NCBI GenBank assembly: GCA_002269645.1
Contig: NIVC01000973.1
Span: 50,444 to 114,443 of the forward strand
Reading direction: 5' to 3'
Length of the DNA: 64,000 bases
DNA from: Macrostomum lignano
Lineage: Eukaryota
The notes under the pieces are model-generated. The model made no database searches. It was given only the letters and a program-made list of their open reading frames with translations, and had not been told where the DNA came from. Shown here in pieces: positions 39,717 to 51,747 of this stretch; the stretch's first letter is position 1; each line of letters begins with the position of its first letter. The translations under genes were made by a program, and so were the position numbers.

Positions 39717-41827
39717 TGCAACAGCCTGGATTTCTAAGCTAGTCACTGGTGTGCTCGAATATATTGCTCACCAAGCCCAGGTTTTGTCTGTTTAAGCTAG
39801 ACTCTCTCATTGGCGCTTTGAAACGCCAGCCATTGGGCCGGCTTGCCTAATTCCCGCACATGGTCAGTAACGTAGCAGTAGCACTGCCTGCCTGCCGACC
39901 GTAATCAGGTAATGTTCGGGGGGTGGCGCTTCCGGCTATGCATGGACTTCATTAGCTAGCGGGCGGCTGCGGTCCCTTTACAGCCAGCAGGGAGCTGTAA
40001 AAATATTTCAATGATGAAAGGCTCCGATTGATGCAAGGTCAAACACGCAATCCATAAAGTTCTTACACTGCCTGATTACTACAGGGTCCAGAAAAGCAGA
40101 GCTCTGAACTTTAAGTGTAGTTTAAAAGTTGATATTCCGTTGAATCGTCAACCGTTTCAATATATTTTCAAAGTCTATAATGGATTTTACTACTTTAAGT
40201 AGATTAAAGCAACGTTTTGTTGTTAAACAATATTGTCAAGCCGAAAATCTAAGTCCAAGTAAGAGGGTCCTTATCGTATAGAAGGCAAAACAGGACTCGA
40301 CTTCTAGACTTCCCTGGACCATTGCAGACAGGAAATGTGGCACCCCTTTTTTGTCCTGATTGTCTATGACCGAATTATCACCTTGCTTGCCGTCATTCCG
40401 TCTATGTTTATGGGCAAGACCACATCTCCGCAGCTGCCATGTGGGAACTCTCAGCTTGATTGACTTTATCAACTTGGCTTGACAAAGCAACTATCTCACT
40501 ATCTTTGACGCTCCTTAATGATAGCAACTCGGACAGTCTATGGTCAGCCCAAGGACCACTGTAGTATAACAGATGTAAAACTCAAAGATCGTGCAGTTTT
40601 TTTCATCACAAAATCAATGATTGCATTTGATCTGGGGCAGTGAATATTACCATTCTTTAAATTTAGCATGCACAAAAAGTTGTTCTGTTATATTTTATGT
40701 AGTTGCAACTTTTCTACACATGTGTGTTTTCATATTACTTAATTTTCTATTTTCCATAAGCCAAGGCTTGAGCATTAAGAAATGGTAATCTTTACTGTCC
40801 CAGATCAAATGCAATCATTGATTATGTGATGAAAGAAATTATTATTTCCTGTCTCCGCAAATGTATTTTTCTAGCCTCCTAAAAAAATTAACGACATTTG
40901 AGTTTTGCGTCCTGTGATATTACAGTGGTCCTTGGATCGGCCCTTGCAAACCTGTAGTCGATGGGGGGAATGTTTGGATGATTTTGGACTTTTCACTTGA
41001 ACAATACGCAGGAAGCTTGCAGCCAGTTTTAAGTTCTAGACTCAGGCATTCCCAACCCCTAAGCTTGCCTCTCTACTCACTTCAACACAGCTCTTGCTTT
41101 GCCAGAGCCTCACAATGCAGTTTTAATGATTTTCCTTTTTTTAGCAAAGCGAGCGTCAGAAGCAGCAACAGCAACAGCAACAGCAAAAGAAGCATTTTGA
41201 GGGTTGCAGGCTGTGCGTGTCTGCAGTTGTGACAGCCTTGTGAGTGCGCCGCGTTGCTGCTGGCAACCGGACAGCAGGGGGAGATCCGAGAGAAACAAAC
41301 TTTGTCCATGCGAATACAACCCCTGCTTCATTAGCTAGCTTGGTTGGTTTGTCCAGTCAAGGCGAGGGCAGACCCGCGAGCCAGCCATGCCAGTTCGAAT
41401 AAGTTTGCTTACTGACAAAGAATTACAAGTGTAATAATAGTAATATCGACAGTGAAATATAAAAAAATAGTTTACTTTTTTTCAATCAGTTAACAACAGA
41501 AGAGTCGAGTTTGCGATAGGTGGTGCTACATGTACAGTAACTGGCGCCATGTGCCAAGTGCAGTAAGTCTAAATAAGTAAGTCGAGCAGCCTAATCGGAT
41601 CTGCATCAGTAGAGAAGGAAACTCAGAAAGGGGATTCCAGTGAGACAGCAGTATACGGGTAAGTAAAGACAGACACGAAGCTAGGTAAAATTCTAAACCT
41701 AAGCAGAGGACAGTCTCAGCAGACCAAGAGCACTACCGCTTTTACTGGACTAGGTGGGTTGACAAGCAGTGAAACGCCTCAATAAAACTTCAGAGCTCAT
41801 CTTAGACAGACAGAATCGGTCGAATGT

Positions 41828-43196
41828 CTGAAACGTCACAAACCTCAAACCTCAAAAACCTCACAAACCTCACAAACCTCACAAACCTCACAAGCCTCAC
41901 AAACCTCACAAACCTCACAAACCTCAGAAACCTCAAAAACCTCAAAAACCTCAGAAACCTTAGAAACCTCAGAAACCTCAGAAACCTCAGAAACCTCACA
42001 AACATCACAAACCTTAGAAACCTCAGAAACCTTAGAAACCTCAGAAACCTCACAAACATCACAAACCTCAGAAACCTCAGAAACCTCAGAAACCTCAGAA
42101 ACCTCACAAACATCACAAACCTCAGAAACCTCAGAAACCTCACAAATCTCACAAACCTCACAAACCTCACAAACCTCAGAAATCTCACAAACCTCACAAA
42201 CCTCACAAACCTCACAAACCTCACAAACCTCACAAACCTCACAAACCTTAGAAACGTCACAAGCCTCACAAACCTCAGAAACTTCACAAACCTCACAAAC
42301 CTCAGAAACCTCACAAACATCACAAACCTCAAACCTCAAAAACCTCACAAACCTCACAAACCTCACAAACCTCACAAGCCTCACAAACCTCACAAACCTC
42401 ACAAACCTCACAAACCTCACAAACCTCACAAACCTCACAAACCTCAGAAACCTCACAAACCTCAGAAACCTCACAAACCTCAGAAATCTCACAAACCTCA
42501 CAAACCTCACAAACCTCACAAACCTCACAAACCTCACAAACCTCACAAACCTTAGAAACGTCACAAGCCTCACAAACCTCAGAAACTTCACAAACCTCAC
42601 AAACCTCAGAAACCTCACAAACATCACAAACCTCAAACCTCAAAAACCTCACAAACCTCACAAACCTCACAAACCTCACAAGCCTCACAAACCTCACAAA
42701 CCTCACAAACCTCACAAACCTCACAAACCTCACAAACCTCAGAAACCTCAGAAACCTCAGAAACCTCACAAACCTCAGAAACCTCACAAACATCACAAAC
42801 CTTAGAAACCTCAGAAACCTTAGAAACCTCAGAAACCTCACAAACATCACAAACCTTAGAAACCTCAGAAACCTCAGAAACCTCAGAAACCTCACAAACA
42901 TCACAAACCTCAGAAACCTCAGAAACCTCACAAATCTCACAAACCTCACAAACCTCACAAACCTCAGAAATCTCACAAACCTCACAAACCTCACAAACCT
43001 TAGAAACCTCAGAAACCTCACAAACATCACAAACCTCAGAAACCTCAGAAACCTCACAAACCTCACAAACCTCACAAACCTCACAAACCTTAGAAACGTC
43101 ACAAGCCTCACAAACCTTAGAAACCTCAGAAACCTCAGAAACCTCACAAACCTCACAAACCTCACAAACCTTAGAAACGTCACAAGCCTCACAAAT
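41828..43196. repeat. 9-bp satellite (AAACCTCAC/AAACCTCAG)n just downstream of the K2P stop
   Basis: Directly visible; explains the FVR/NLT/KPH/CEV ORFs. Confidence 0.96.
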
Positions 43197-43295
43197 CTAG
43201 TTCTAGTGGCTCCTGATGCAACCAGCCCAGCCACCCCAGTCAGTACTGCAGTTCGTCCAGTTTCCCACAGTGTCAAATATTCTCTCTGGCCGTCA

Positions 43296-43637
43296 TCAGG
43301 CAAAGCTGCTGCTGGCTGCTTTGCTTCGAGCAGAAGTTGGCGCCGCTGATGTCGATCCAGTCTTGCTGGACTTGGCGTCCTCGTAGGTATCCTCTTCGCT
43401 GTCGCCGTCGCTGCCACTGCCGCTGCCGCTGTCGCTGCTGCCGTCCTCCTCATCATCCTCTTCGTCTTCATCTTCGATTTCCTCAATTGGTGCTTTTTTG
43501 ATCATGCCGATCTTGCGGCCGAGCCACTGGAACTTGGCCTGTATCTCGTCCTGGATAAGGTTGATGCACATTGACAGCATGGCCAAGCCGAACAGGCAGT
43601 AGATGCAGCCAACCAGGAGCTCTGTGATCACCTGTAT
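43296..43637 (-). CDS. Two-pore-domain K+ channel (K2P/TWiK), exon 4 (TM4, acidic C-tail)
   Basis: TTACAG|ATA CAG GTG; IYCLFGLAMLSMCINLIQ; stop at 43298-43296. Confidence 0.9.
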   Translation of the reverse strand: MQVITELLVGCIYCLFGLAMLSMCINLIQDEIQAKFQWLGRKIGMIKKAPIEEIEDEDEEDDEEDGSSDSGSGSGSDGDSEEDTYEDAKSSKTGSTSAAPTSARSKAASSSFA

Positions 43638-43756
43638 CTGTAAGGGTTGGGGGGAGGATTTGTCTGTTAGCTGACCACAGCACTTGATGACCCAGCATGG
43701 ACAGCTAAAGTCCAAGGACGCTGCTCTCGAAGCTAGTAAGCGTTTCGTTCAAGGTG

Positions 43757-43977
43757 CACTCACAGGTTTTGTCGGAAAAGTTTGAAAAAAAGCTATGTCC
43801 CAATATTGCAGAGCGTGTTTTCTAGACCGATTTCGCAATGATTTGCCGTTTTGCACAGCTCTGAGTGGGGTTTGGCCATAGACAAATCCGTCCAGAAAAA
43901 AACTTTGCCGCAACTTTGCTTGCCTGTCGGTCTCCGGCAGCAGTTCATGAAAAAACAGCTTGGCAAACCTGTGAGAC
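43757..43977. mobile_element. Dispersed non-autonomous DNA-transposon-like repeat, copy 2 (K2P intron 3)
   Basis: TIR-like CTCACAGGTTT...AAACCTGTGAG; internal homology to 9932-10180. Confidence 0.7.
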
Positions 43978-43997
43978 TTGCAACATTATTGGCTTAC

Positions 43998-44237
43998 ATC
44001 ATTAAATGGCCCGTCACGGCCGGGCACGTAGTCTCCGAATCCGATAGTGCTCAGCGTGATGAATGAGAAATAGGTGCCCTCAACCAGAGTCCACTCCTTC
44101 TCCCACACCATGAACACGGCAGCTCCCATCAGGATGTACAGAATGAGCAGTATGATGGTCACCGTGATGGGGATGTTCACCACATCGTCTTCTTCGTTCT
44201 CTTCTTCCTCTTCAACATCGTCCTCGATGACGGTCAC
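43998..44237 (-). CDS. K2P channel exon 3 (TM3, pore 2)
   Basis: YFSFITLSTIGFGDYVPG; CTCAG| acceptor and |GTAAGC donor; 240 nt. Confidence 0.95.
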
Positions 44238-44482
44238 CTGAGATTTTAATTCAGTTTTAAAGGTGTAAATTCATCAGTGCTACGGCATCTGAGTGAATAG
44301 TTAGCAGTCGCCCACCCCTGGGCATAGTTCGTACTCAGGCACACACAGGTGTACTTGACTGACTGGCCCTGACTTTCTAATCTTCAGGCCTTCATGGGTG
44401 GGAAACCTGAGGACTTCGGTGAGTGAGTCTGTCCTCCCTCCAAATGAGTTGGCGGTGTGACTAAGTAAAAAAAATCAATCAC

Positions 44483-44763
44483 CTTTGCCGGTGGCCGCTT
44501 GCCATCGCCCTCTTCCACCTGCTGCCAGCTGGTCTGCGCGTTGCCGCCGTTCTCCTGCATCGCCTCCATCAGCTTGTTCTCGTTGGGCAGCTTCTTAACA
44601 AAGCACTTGCAGCAGAAGATATTGAGATAAAAACTGCGAAATAGCATTGCGGTTGGTTCGCCGATCTTTGACAAGAACAGCAGCATGAGCGGGATGCCCA
44701 GAATTGAGTAGATCATGCACACAATCTGGCCCCACTGCGTGACCGGACTGATGTGACCGTATC
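44483..44763 (-). CDS. K2P channel exon 2 (pore 1 GYG, TM2)
   Basis: G|GA TAC GGT completes TIGYG; ISPVTQWGQIVCMIYSILGIPLMLLFLSKIG; donor AAG|GTGATT. Confidence 0.93.
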
Positions 44764-44939
44764 CTGGGGGAGGGGGGTTGGTGATCAACCAGTTTGACAC
44801 AAACGAGCCGTAGCCAGGCGATTTAAGGCGCTATTTAGTGCTGAGCTATCCCTTTGTTTATCTGATGCACCTTCTTAACACTAATAACTATGTCTCTCTC
44901 ATCATCCTTTGGTGCTTCAATATTATTTTAGCCACTCTA

Positions 44940-45420
44940 CTTTGCGATACTGTCACTCTCCTATTTGCAGTACTGTCACTCTCCTCTTTGCGATACTGTC
45001 ACTCTTCTATTTGCGGTACTGTCACTCTCCTTTTTGCGGTACTGTCCCTCTCCTATTTGCGGTACTGCTGTCACTCTCCTATTTGCGGTACTGTCACTCT
45101 CCTATTTGCGGTACTGTCACTCTCCTATTTGCGGTACTGTCACTCTTCTATTTGCGGTACTGTCACTCTCCTCTTTGCGGTACTGTCCCTCTCCTATTTG
45201 CGGTACTGCTGTCACTCTCCTATTTGCGGTACTGTCACTCTCCTATTTGCGGTACTGTCCCTCTCCTATTTGCGGTACTGCTGTCACTCTCCTATTTGCG
45301 GTACTGTCACTCTCCTATTTGCGGTACTGTCACTCTCCTATTTACGTACTGTCACCCTCATCTTTGCGGTACTGTCACTCTCCTATTTGCGATATCCTAT
45401 TTGTGGAACTGTCACTCATT
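44940..45420. repeat. 23-bp minisatellite (GCGGTACTGTCACTCTCCTATTT)n, K2P intron 1
   Basis: Directly visible. Confidence 0.93.
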
Positions 45421-45543
45421 CTCTGCCCTTAGCTCTTCCTCTGTCATACTGAACTGATACAAGAACTCTCCTGACGGTATTACCATAACATATTAACATT
45501 TCGCATTCTTCCCAGGTCCACGTCGACACTGGCTGTCACTCAC

Positions 45544-46135
45544 CAATCGTGGTAATGATGGTGACGCAGAAGTACGCCGCGTTGGCCACATTCCAGCTAG
45601 GCATGCTCTCTCCCGTCTTCAGAGTAGTGCAGTTCATAGACGGATCCACCCCCAGGGTGTACGTGTCCTGCGCGAACTGGTTCAACTCTTCCTGAATGGC
45701 TGACTTGGCTTGAGTAGCGTTGGTGCCCTGCGCTATGTTGTAGATTTGGTCAACCGACTCGTCCAGTTTGGCAATGAACTTTTCAGACTTGGTCTGGCAG
45801 CCCGAGATCTCGTTCTCGACCTCCAAGTATTGGAACAGGAAGCCGCCCATGAGGGTGTAGAGCACCACAATGAGAAATGTGCCCAGGTGGGACAGCATTA
45901 TGGAAGAGAAGCGCTTCATGCACCGGTTCATCTTGCTCTTCTTCTGCTGCTGCTGCTCTTCGTCTTCCTCTTGGACTTCCAGTTCCGGCTTCTTGCCGGC
46001 CGGTTCGAAGCCGCCAAATTCGCCGTTTAGCGCCGTGGTGCGGAAGCCACCGTCGCGCCTGACATCGAAGCCGGCCGACGTCTTACCGCCGAACTCGCCG
46101 AAGGTGTCAGCCTCGAAGCCGCTGTTTGAGTACAT
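45544..46135 (-). CDS. K2P channel exon 1 (TM1, cap, pore helix 1)
   Basis: HLGTFLIVVLYTLMGGFLFQYLE, WNVANAAYFCVTIITTIG|GTGAGT. The four exons sum to 1455 nt = 484 aa + stop. Confidence 0.93.
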
Positions 46136-46212
46136 CTCGTGGCGGAGCTGCACAAGAAGAGCGAGTGGTGAAGCAATGTTGATTTTGCAATTTTGCTCTT
46201 TTGCTGTTCTTT

Positions 46213-46882
46213 TGTCAATGAGCTGTTGCGTTGCTACTGCACTTGGTCAATGTGTTGTTGCGTTGCTACTGCACTTGGTCAATGTGTTGTTGCGTTGCTA
46301 CTGCACTTCGTCAATGTTGTTGCGTTGCTACTGCACTTCGTCAATGTTGTTGCGTTGCTACTGCACTTGGTCAATGTGTTTGTTGTTGCGTTGCTACTGC
46401 ACTTGGTCAATGTGTTGTTGCGTTGCTACTGCACTTGGTCAATGTGTTGTTGCGTTGCTACTGCACTTCGTCAATGTTGTTGCGTTGCTACTGCACTTCG
46501 TCAATGTTGTTGCGTTGCTACTGCACTTGGTCAATGTGTTTGTTGCGTTGCTACTGCACTTGGTCAATGTGTTGTTGTTGCGTTGCTACTGTACTTGGTC
46601 AATGTGTTGTTGCGTTGCTACTGCACTTCGTCAATGTTGTTGCGTTGCTACTGCACTTGGTCAATGTGTTTGTTGTTGCGTTGCTACTGCACTTAGTCAA
46701 TGTGTTGTTGCGTTGCTAATGCACTTGGTCAATGTGTTGTTGCGTTGCTACTGCACTTGGTCAATGTGTTTGTTGCGTTGCTACTGCACTTGGTCAATGT
46801 GTTGTTGTTGCGTTGCTACTGTATTTAGTCAATGTTGTTGCGCTGCTACTGCACTTCGTCAATGTGTTGTTGCGCTGCTACT
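46213..46882. repeat. ~29-35-bp minisatellite (TGTTGCGTTGCTACTGCACTTGGTCAATG)n
   Basis: Directly visible; upstream of the K2P start, possibly in a 5' UTR intron (minus-strand donor GTAAGT at ~47055). Confidence 0.93.
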
Positions 46883-47583
46883 GCAGTTTGAGTTTTTATT
46901 GCATTTTCCTGTGATTTTGTTATTCTTAGTTCATTGCATCCAACAAAGCGTCGAGCACAAAACCGATTTGCAAAACAAAATGCTGCAGAAAATTTTGATA
47001 CTTGAATTCCAATGAATAGCCCAAACGATTTGAAAGTGCCAAACACTTACTTACCCAAGCTGAGGGAGGCGCTACAGCTGTTTCTGTGTAGGACTCTGGA
47101 GCTACTCCCGAACAATGATGCGGCTTTTAAACAATATTAGCAATTTCTAAATGAGGGAACCTGACGACGGCAGGGGGAGTTAATCCTCCCTTCTTTCTCC
47201 CTAAGCATCTGCAAGAACCACAGCAGCAGCAGCAGCAGCAACGGCCCCATCATTGGCCATTGTCCTGCTACGGCCCATAGAAGAAGAAGAAGCAAAGAAG
47301 ACGGCAGGATGGTGTGCATGCGAGTTGTAGCAACCTGCAGTCCTCCGCTTTTGTCTCCCGCGCACCGGCCCGCCATCGCTGCGATGCTGCCACTCCGCTC
47401 AATTTTCAATAGAGGGGGGAACGCTGGAAGACTTTGGGAAAGAACTTTTCCACAGTGCTGCAGGCCGCAGTATTGTTTCAACTATCCTGCTGGACATTTT
47501 TAATTCATGAATTCATCTATATACTTTTCTTAAATGACTACTGTCAATAATACTATTAGCGTAAAGTCCTTCCCCTAGCGTCA

Positions 47584-47860
47584 AAGGGAAGAGCAAGGGA
47601 CAGGGAAGAGCAAGGGACAGGGAAGAGCAAGGGACAGGGAAGAGCAAGGGGCAGGGAAGAGCAAGGGGCAGGGAAGAGCAAGGGACAGGGAAGAGCAAGG
47701 GACAGGGAAGAGCAAGGGACAGGGAAGAGCAAGGGACAGGGAAGAGCAAGGGGCAGGGAAGAGCAAGGGGCAGGGAAGAGCAAGGGGCAGGGAAGAGCAA
47801 GGGGCAGGGAAGAGCAAGGGGCAGGGAAGAGCAAGGGACAGGGAAGAGCAAGAGACAGAG
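47584..47860. repeat. 17-bp polypurine minisatellite (AGGGAAGAGCAAGGGRC)n
   Basis: Directly visible. Confidence 0.95.
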
Positions 47861-48529
47861 AAGAGCTAGGAACCGAATTGAAACAAAGAAAACAAATACT
47901 TGAAGTAATTTAGGGCCATTGGCACATAAATTTGCCGGCCTAGCAACTTATTGTTCTTGACCACCCTTCTGACTGTCAGTCAGGCAATGCCTCAGTCTGC
48001 GGTACTACCAGTCCTGAAGTGTCGCAGCCGCGCTCTGAACCTTCATTAGAGTACACGACTCTCAATTAGGAATTTCGTGACAAGATTGGTCAATGGACAA
48101 TGCGAAAGGGACACTTTCATAATTGAGATTTCCTGCACCTGAAACTTTTCTGCCCAGCAAGACAATAGTAATTAATGAAATTATCCTTTCACAGAGCAAA
48201 CCAGGCTGGTTAAGCATCATCAAAGGCTGTTGGCGATTGGTACTTGGCACGTCCGTGCTTAATCTAATTTATGGTCTACCATTGTTCCCTACTTTACGAG
48301 CGTAGTAACCCGTAGCAACTGAGAGTGAAATTAGTGTATAGAAAATGTTACCATGACAAAACTTCACCCAATGTGAATTCGTATAATTCGTATTTGAGCT
48401 GTCACTGATGCAGCTCCGTCAGTTGGGAAACACTGGAGAGACTGTTTGGAACGAAGGGGACATCGCGCAACTTGGTAAGATCGACCCCTCATGGTTGAGA
48501 GTCTATTTTTGTTGTGTCGTTACTCTCCA

Positions 48530-49170
48530 TTAGATTAGTTACCCTCCCTTAGATTAGTTACCCTACCTTAGATTCGTTACCCTCCCTTAGATTCGTTACC
48601 CTCCTTAGATTCGTAACCCTCCCTTAGATTCGTTACCCTCCCGTAGATTCGTTACCCTCCTTAGATTCGTAACCCTCCCTTAGATTCGTTACCCTCCCTT
48701 AGATTCGTAACCCTCCCTTAGATTCGTTACCCTCCCTTAGATTCGTTCCCATCCCTTAGATCGTTACCCTCCCTTAGATTCGTTACCCTCCCTTAGATTC
48801 GTTACCCTCCCTTAGATTCGTTACCCTCCCTTAGATTTAGATTCGTTACCCTCCCTTAGTTCGTTGCCATCCCTTAGATCGTTACCCTCCCTTAGATTCG
48901 TTGCCATCCCTTAGATTCGTTGCCATCCCTTAGATTCGTTGCCATCCCTTAGATCGTTACCCTCCCTTAGATTCGTTGCCATCCCTTAGATTCGTTGCCA
49001 TCCCTTAGATTCGTTGCCATCCCTTAGATCGTTACCCTCCCTTAGATTCGTTGCCCTCCATTTGATGCGTTGCCCTCCATTTGATGCGTTGCCCTCCATT
49101 TGATGAGTTGCCCTCCCTTAGATTCGTTGCCCTCCATTAGATTCGTTGCCCTCCATTTGATGCGTTGCCC
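48530..49170. repeat. 19-bp minisatellite (TTAGATTCGTTACCCTCCC)n with a positional variant gradient
   Basis: Directly visible. Confidence 0.93.
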
Positions 49171-49245
49171 TTGTTTCGATTCGCTACCCTCGATTTCGCT
49201 GCCCTCCCCCTGATCATCAGATCAAGCCCGAGAGCGTCAATCTCA

Positions 49246-49629
49246 ATGGGGATCCAACTCCAGCTGCTGCTGCTGAGCTACCTGTCAGCGGCCTCCCTCA
49301 TCGGCCTGGCCAGCTCAAAGTCGGGCTCAGCGGTGTTCAAGCTGCGCCGAGACGCCTGCCTGCAGCAGTCGGCCGCGTTCGCCAGATTCCTTGGGAAGCC
49401 GACTCGCCTGTCCTGCATTGTCGAATGCGTGAAGTCCAAGAAGGAATTCAACGCCGTCCAGATGCTGCCGGGGATGGCGGCTGGATCCTTGGACTGCGAG
49501 TGCGTCAAGGTGAACTCCAGCTCGACGCCCTGCTGCCGGACCAACTGCGAGCGCTGGGACATGGAAGCGTCCGGGGGCGGATCGCGGGGTAGCGGCTCGA
49601 CTGGCAACTCTGACAACGGCTGGAATGCG
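49246..49629 (+). CDS. Secreted PAN/apple-like + 4x C-type-lectin-like protein, exon 1 (signal peptide, Cys-rich domain, Gly/Ser linker)
   Basis: MGIQLQLLLLSYLSAASLIGLASS; SCIVECVKSK..FNAVQM..DCEC; donor GCG|GTGAGC. PAN call is by pattern only. Confidence 0.8.
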
Positions 49630-49996
49630 GTGAGCGGCCGATCAGTTTTGGTTTATGCGTTTATTGTTTATTCTGTGTCAAGTTACCCGATCTATGCGTC
49701 GCTACTAGACCAGTAAGTCTAAAGTTAAGCAGACCTGACCGCGGTTAGTACGCAGTGAATAGGCTGCTTGCGTCGCCCTTCATAGCAACTACCGCCGCGA
49801 CCGCGAGTTAATTTCAAATAAAATTGAACACTGAGCTAACAAACATGCAAAACTCCACTGCAAAGCATTTTACGAACGTATTGGACAATAATTAGAGTAG
49901 TCAATCCAAATAGTTTACCTAGAGCACGATACTAAAATTTACGTATTGTAGAGGCTCATGCTTGGCTGCAAAAAATCAGAAAAAATTACGTTGCAG

Positions 49997-50287
49997 ACCA
50001 TCTGTCCGGAAATATCAGATCCCTGGAAGCCGGTAGTGTACGTCAACAAGTGCTTCTATAGGAAGAACGACGCCAACATCAATATCACGGCTGTAACGAA
50101 CTGGTCACCATGCGGAACAAACGGCCAACTGTTCGATGTGAAGGACTCCGACGCCGAGACCCAGCTGGTGAAGTATGTGAATTACCTGAGCGACATTGGA
50201 AACCCGATCGCAGAATTCTGGGCCCAGGACAGTCGCAATGGATCGGTGAAGTGCGCCTTTAGAGTTGCCAACAACAGCCTGGTTCCG
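49997..50287 (+). CDS. Multi-CTLD protein exon 2
   Basis: TTGCAG|ACC ATC TGT; ICPEISDPW..KCFY..CGTNGQLF; donor CCG|GTTAGC. Confidence 0.78.
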
Positions 50288-50314
50288 GTTAGCACCTGCG
50301 TCTCCTGATTTCTC

Positions 50315-50801
<487 letters not shown>

Positions 50802-50855
50802 GAGCAAACAACAAATAAATAAACGAACTGACAGAGTACTTTACTTTCACTTCAG

Positions 50856-51105
50856 TTGAGCCCTTGCGACACAGACGGCGTCAACGCCCGCAACCTGTTC
50901 CCCATCTGCCAGCGAACTCTCTGCTTCCCAGGCGCCAGCCCAGCTGACTTTGTAATTATCCAAATTGGATCCTCAGGACTGCTCTGGTATCATTTCAACT
51001 CGAGCCAAGTGACCAAAAGCAACTCCTGCACGGGCAGCCAGATGGCTTCTATGGAGTCCAGCGACGCGTTTCAGCACATCAAAGATGGCATTGTCCAGCG
51101 CGGAT
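50856..51105 (+). CDS. Multi-CTLD protein exon 3
   Basis: CACTTCAG|TTG AGC CCT TGC..FPICQRTLCFPG..; donor T|GTAGGT, phase 1. Confidence 0.72.
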
Positions 51106-51314
51106 GTAGGTGCAGCTCTAACTACTGTATAATGACCCACGAAGATCACCCTTAAGAATTGAGTCGTGTTTGATCACTGATCACGCACTGATCACTGATC
51201 ATGTACACACAGTGTACATGAGGACATTATCTGAGCCTTGGGGTTGGTCTTCATGGTCGAACATTGCAAGACAATCCTTAGACCAATATTCATTGCTTTG
51301 CCTCCCCTGTGCAG

Positions 51315-51526
51315 GGCTCGGCCAGCCCGTCTGGATCTCCAGCACCGGAGGCTACCTGCCTGGCGGACTGTCCGGCTGCATCGCTTTGACAATCAATTCA
51401 ACAGCTGACAGCATCAGCATGGCGGCTTCTTCGGTGGATTGCAATTCGAATTTGCGCCAAGTCTGTACGTACGGGTTTAACAACGGAGGATCGTCAGGCG
51501 GATCTTCTCAGTCGCACGGAATAGTG
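51315..51526 (+). CDS. Multi-CTLD protein exon 4
   Basis: TGTGCAG|GG; (W)LGQPVWISS..GCIAL..DCNSNLRQVC; donor GTG|GTGAGG. Confidence 0.75.
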
Positions 51527-51747
51527 GTGAGGCATGACTGATGTTGTTCATCTTTGGGATGCTCGTTAGTGCTTGGAAACTTTCGTGCGAATAAATTGTC
51601 TTTCGTATCGTATTTACATGCACAGAAAGCGTCTAATTTAGCATACAACTAGGAAAACAAATGCTGTTGTGGTCAGTGAAGTTTATAATCAAGCGGAGAA
51701 TCCCTGTTCGCTGCAGCAGCCGCCACTGTCACAAAACTGCTCTCGGC

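Noticed and set aside
41082-41331. ORF with a poly-Leu stretch resembling a signal peptide
   Set aside because: Produced by a short (GCTGTT)n repeat; no plausible mature peptide or supporting splice structure.
39947-41339. Exact 14-mer CTTCATTAGCTAGC twice upstream of the DEG/ENaC gene (39947-39960, 41326-41339)
   Set aside because: About one repeated 14-mer is expected by chance in this much unique sequence; only the proximity is suggestive.
47137-47481. 114-aa minus-strand ORF upstream of K2P
   Set aside because: Low complexity with no domain; more likely a 5' UTR or non-coding exon.
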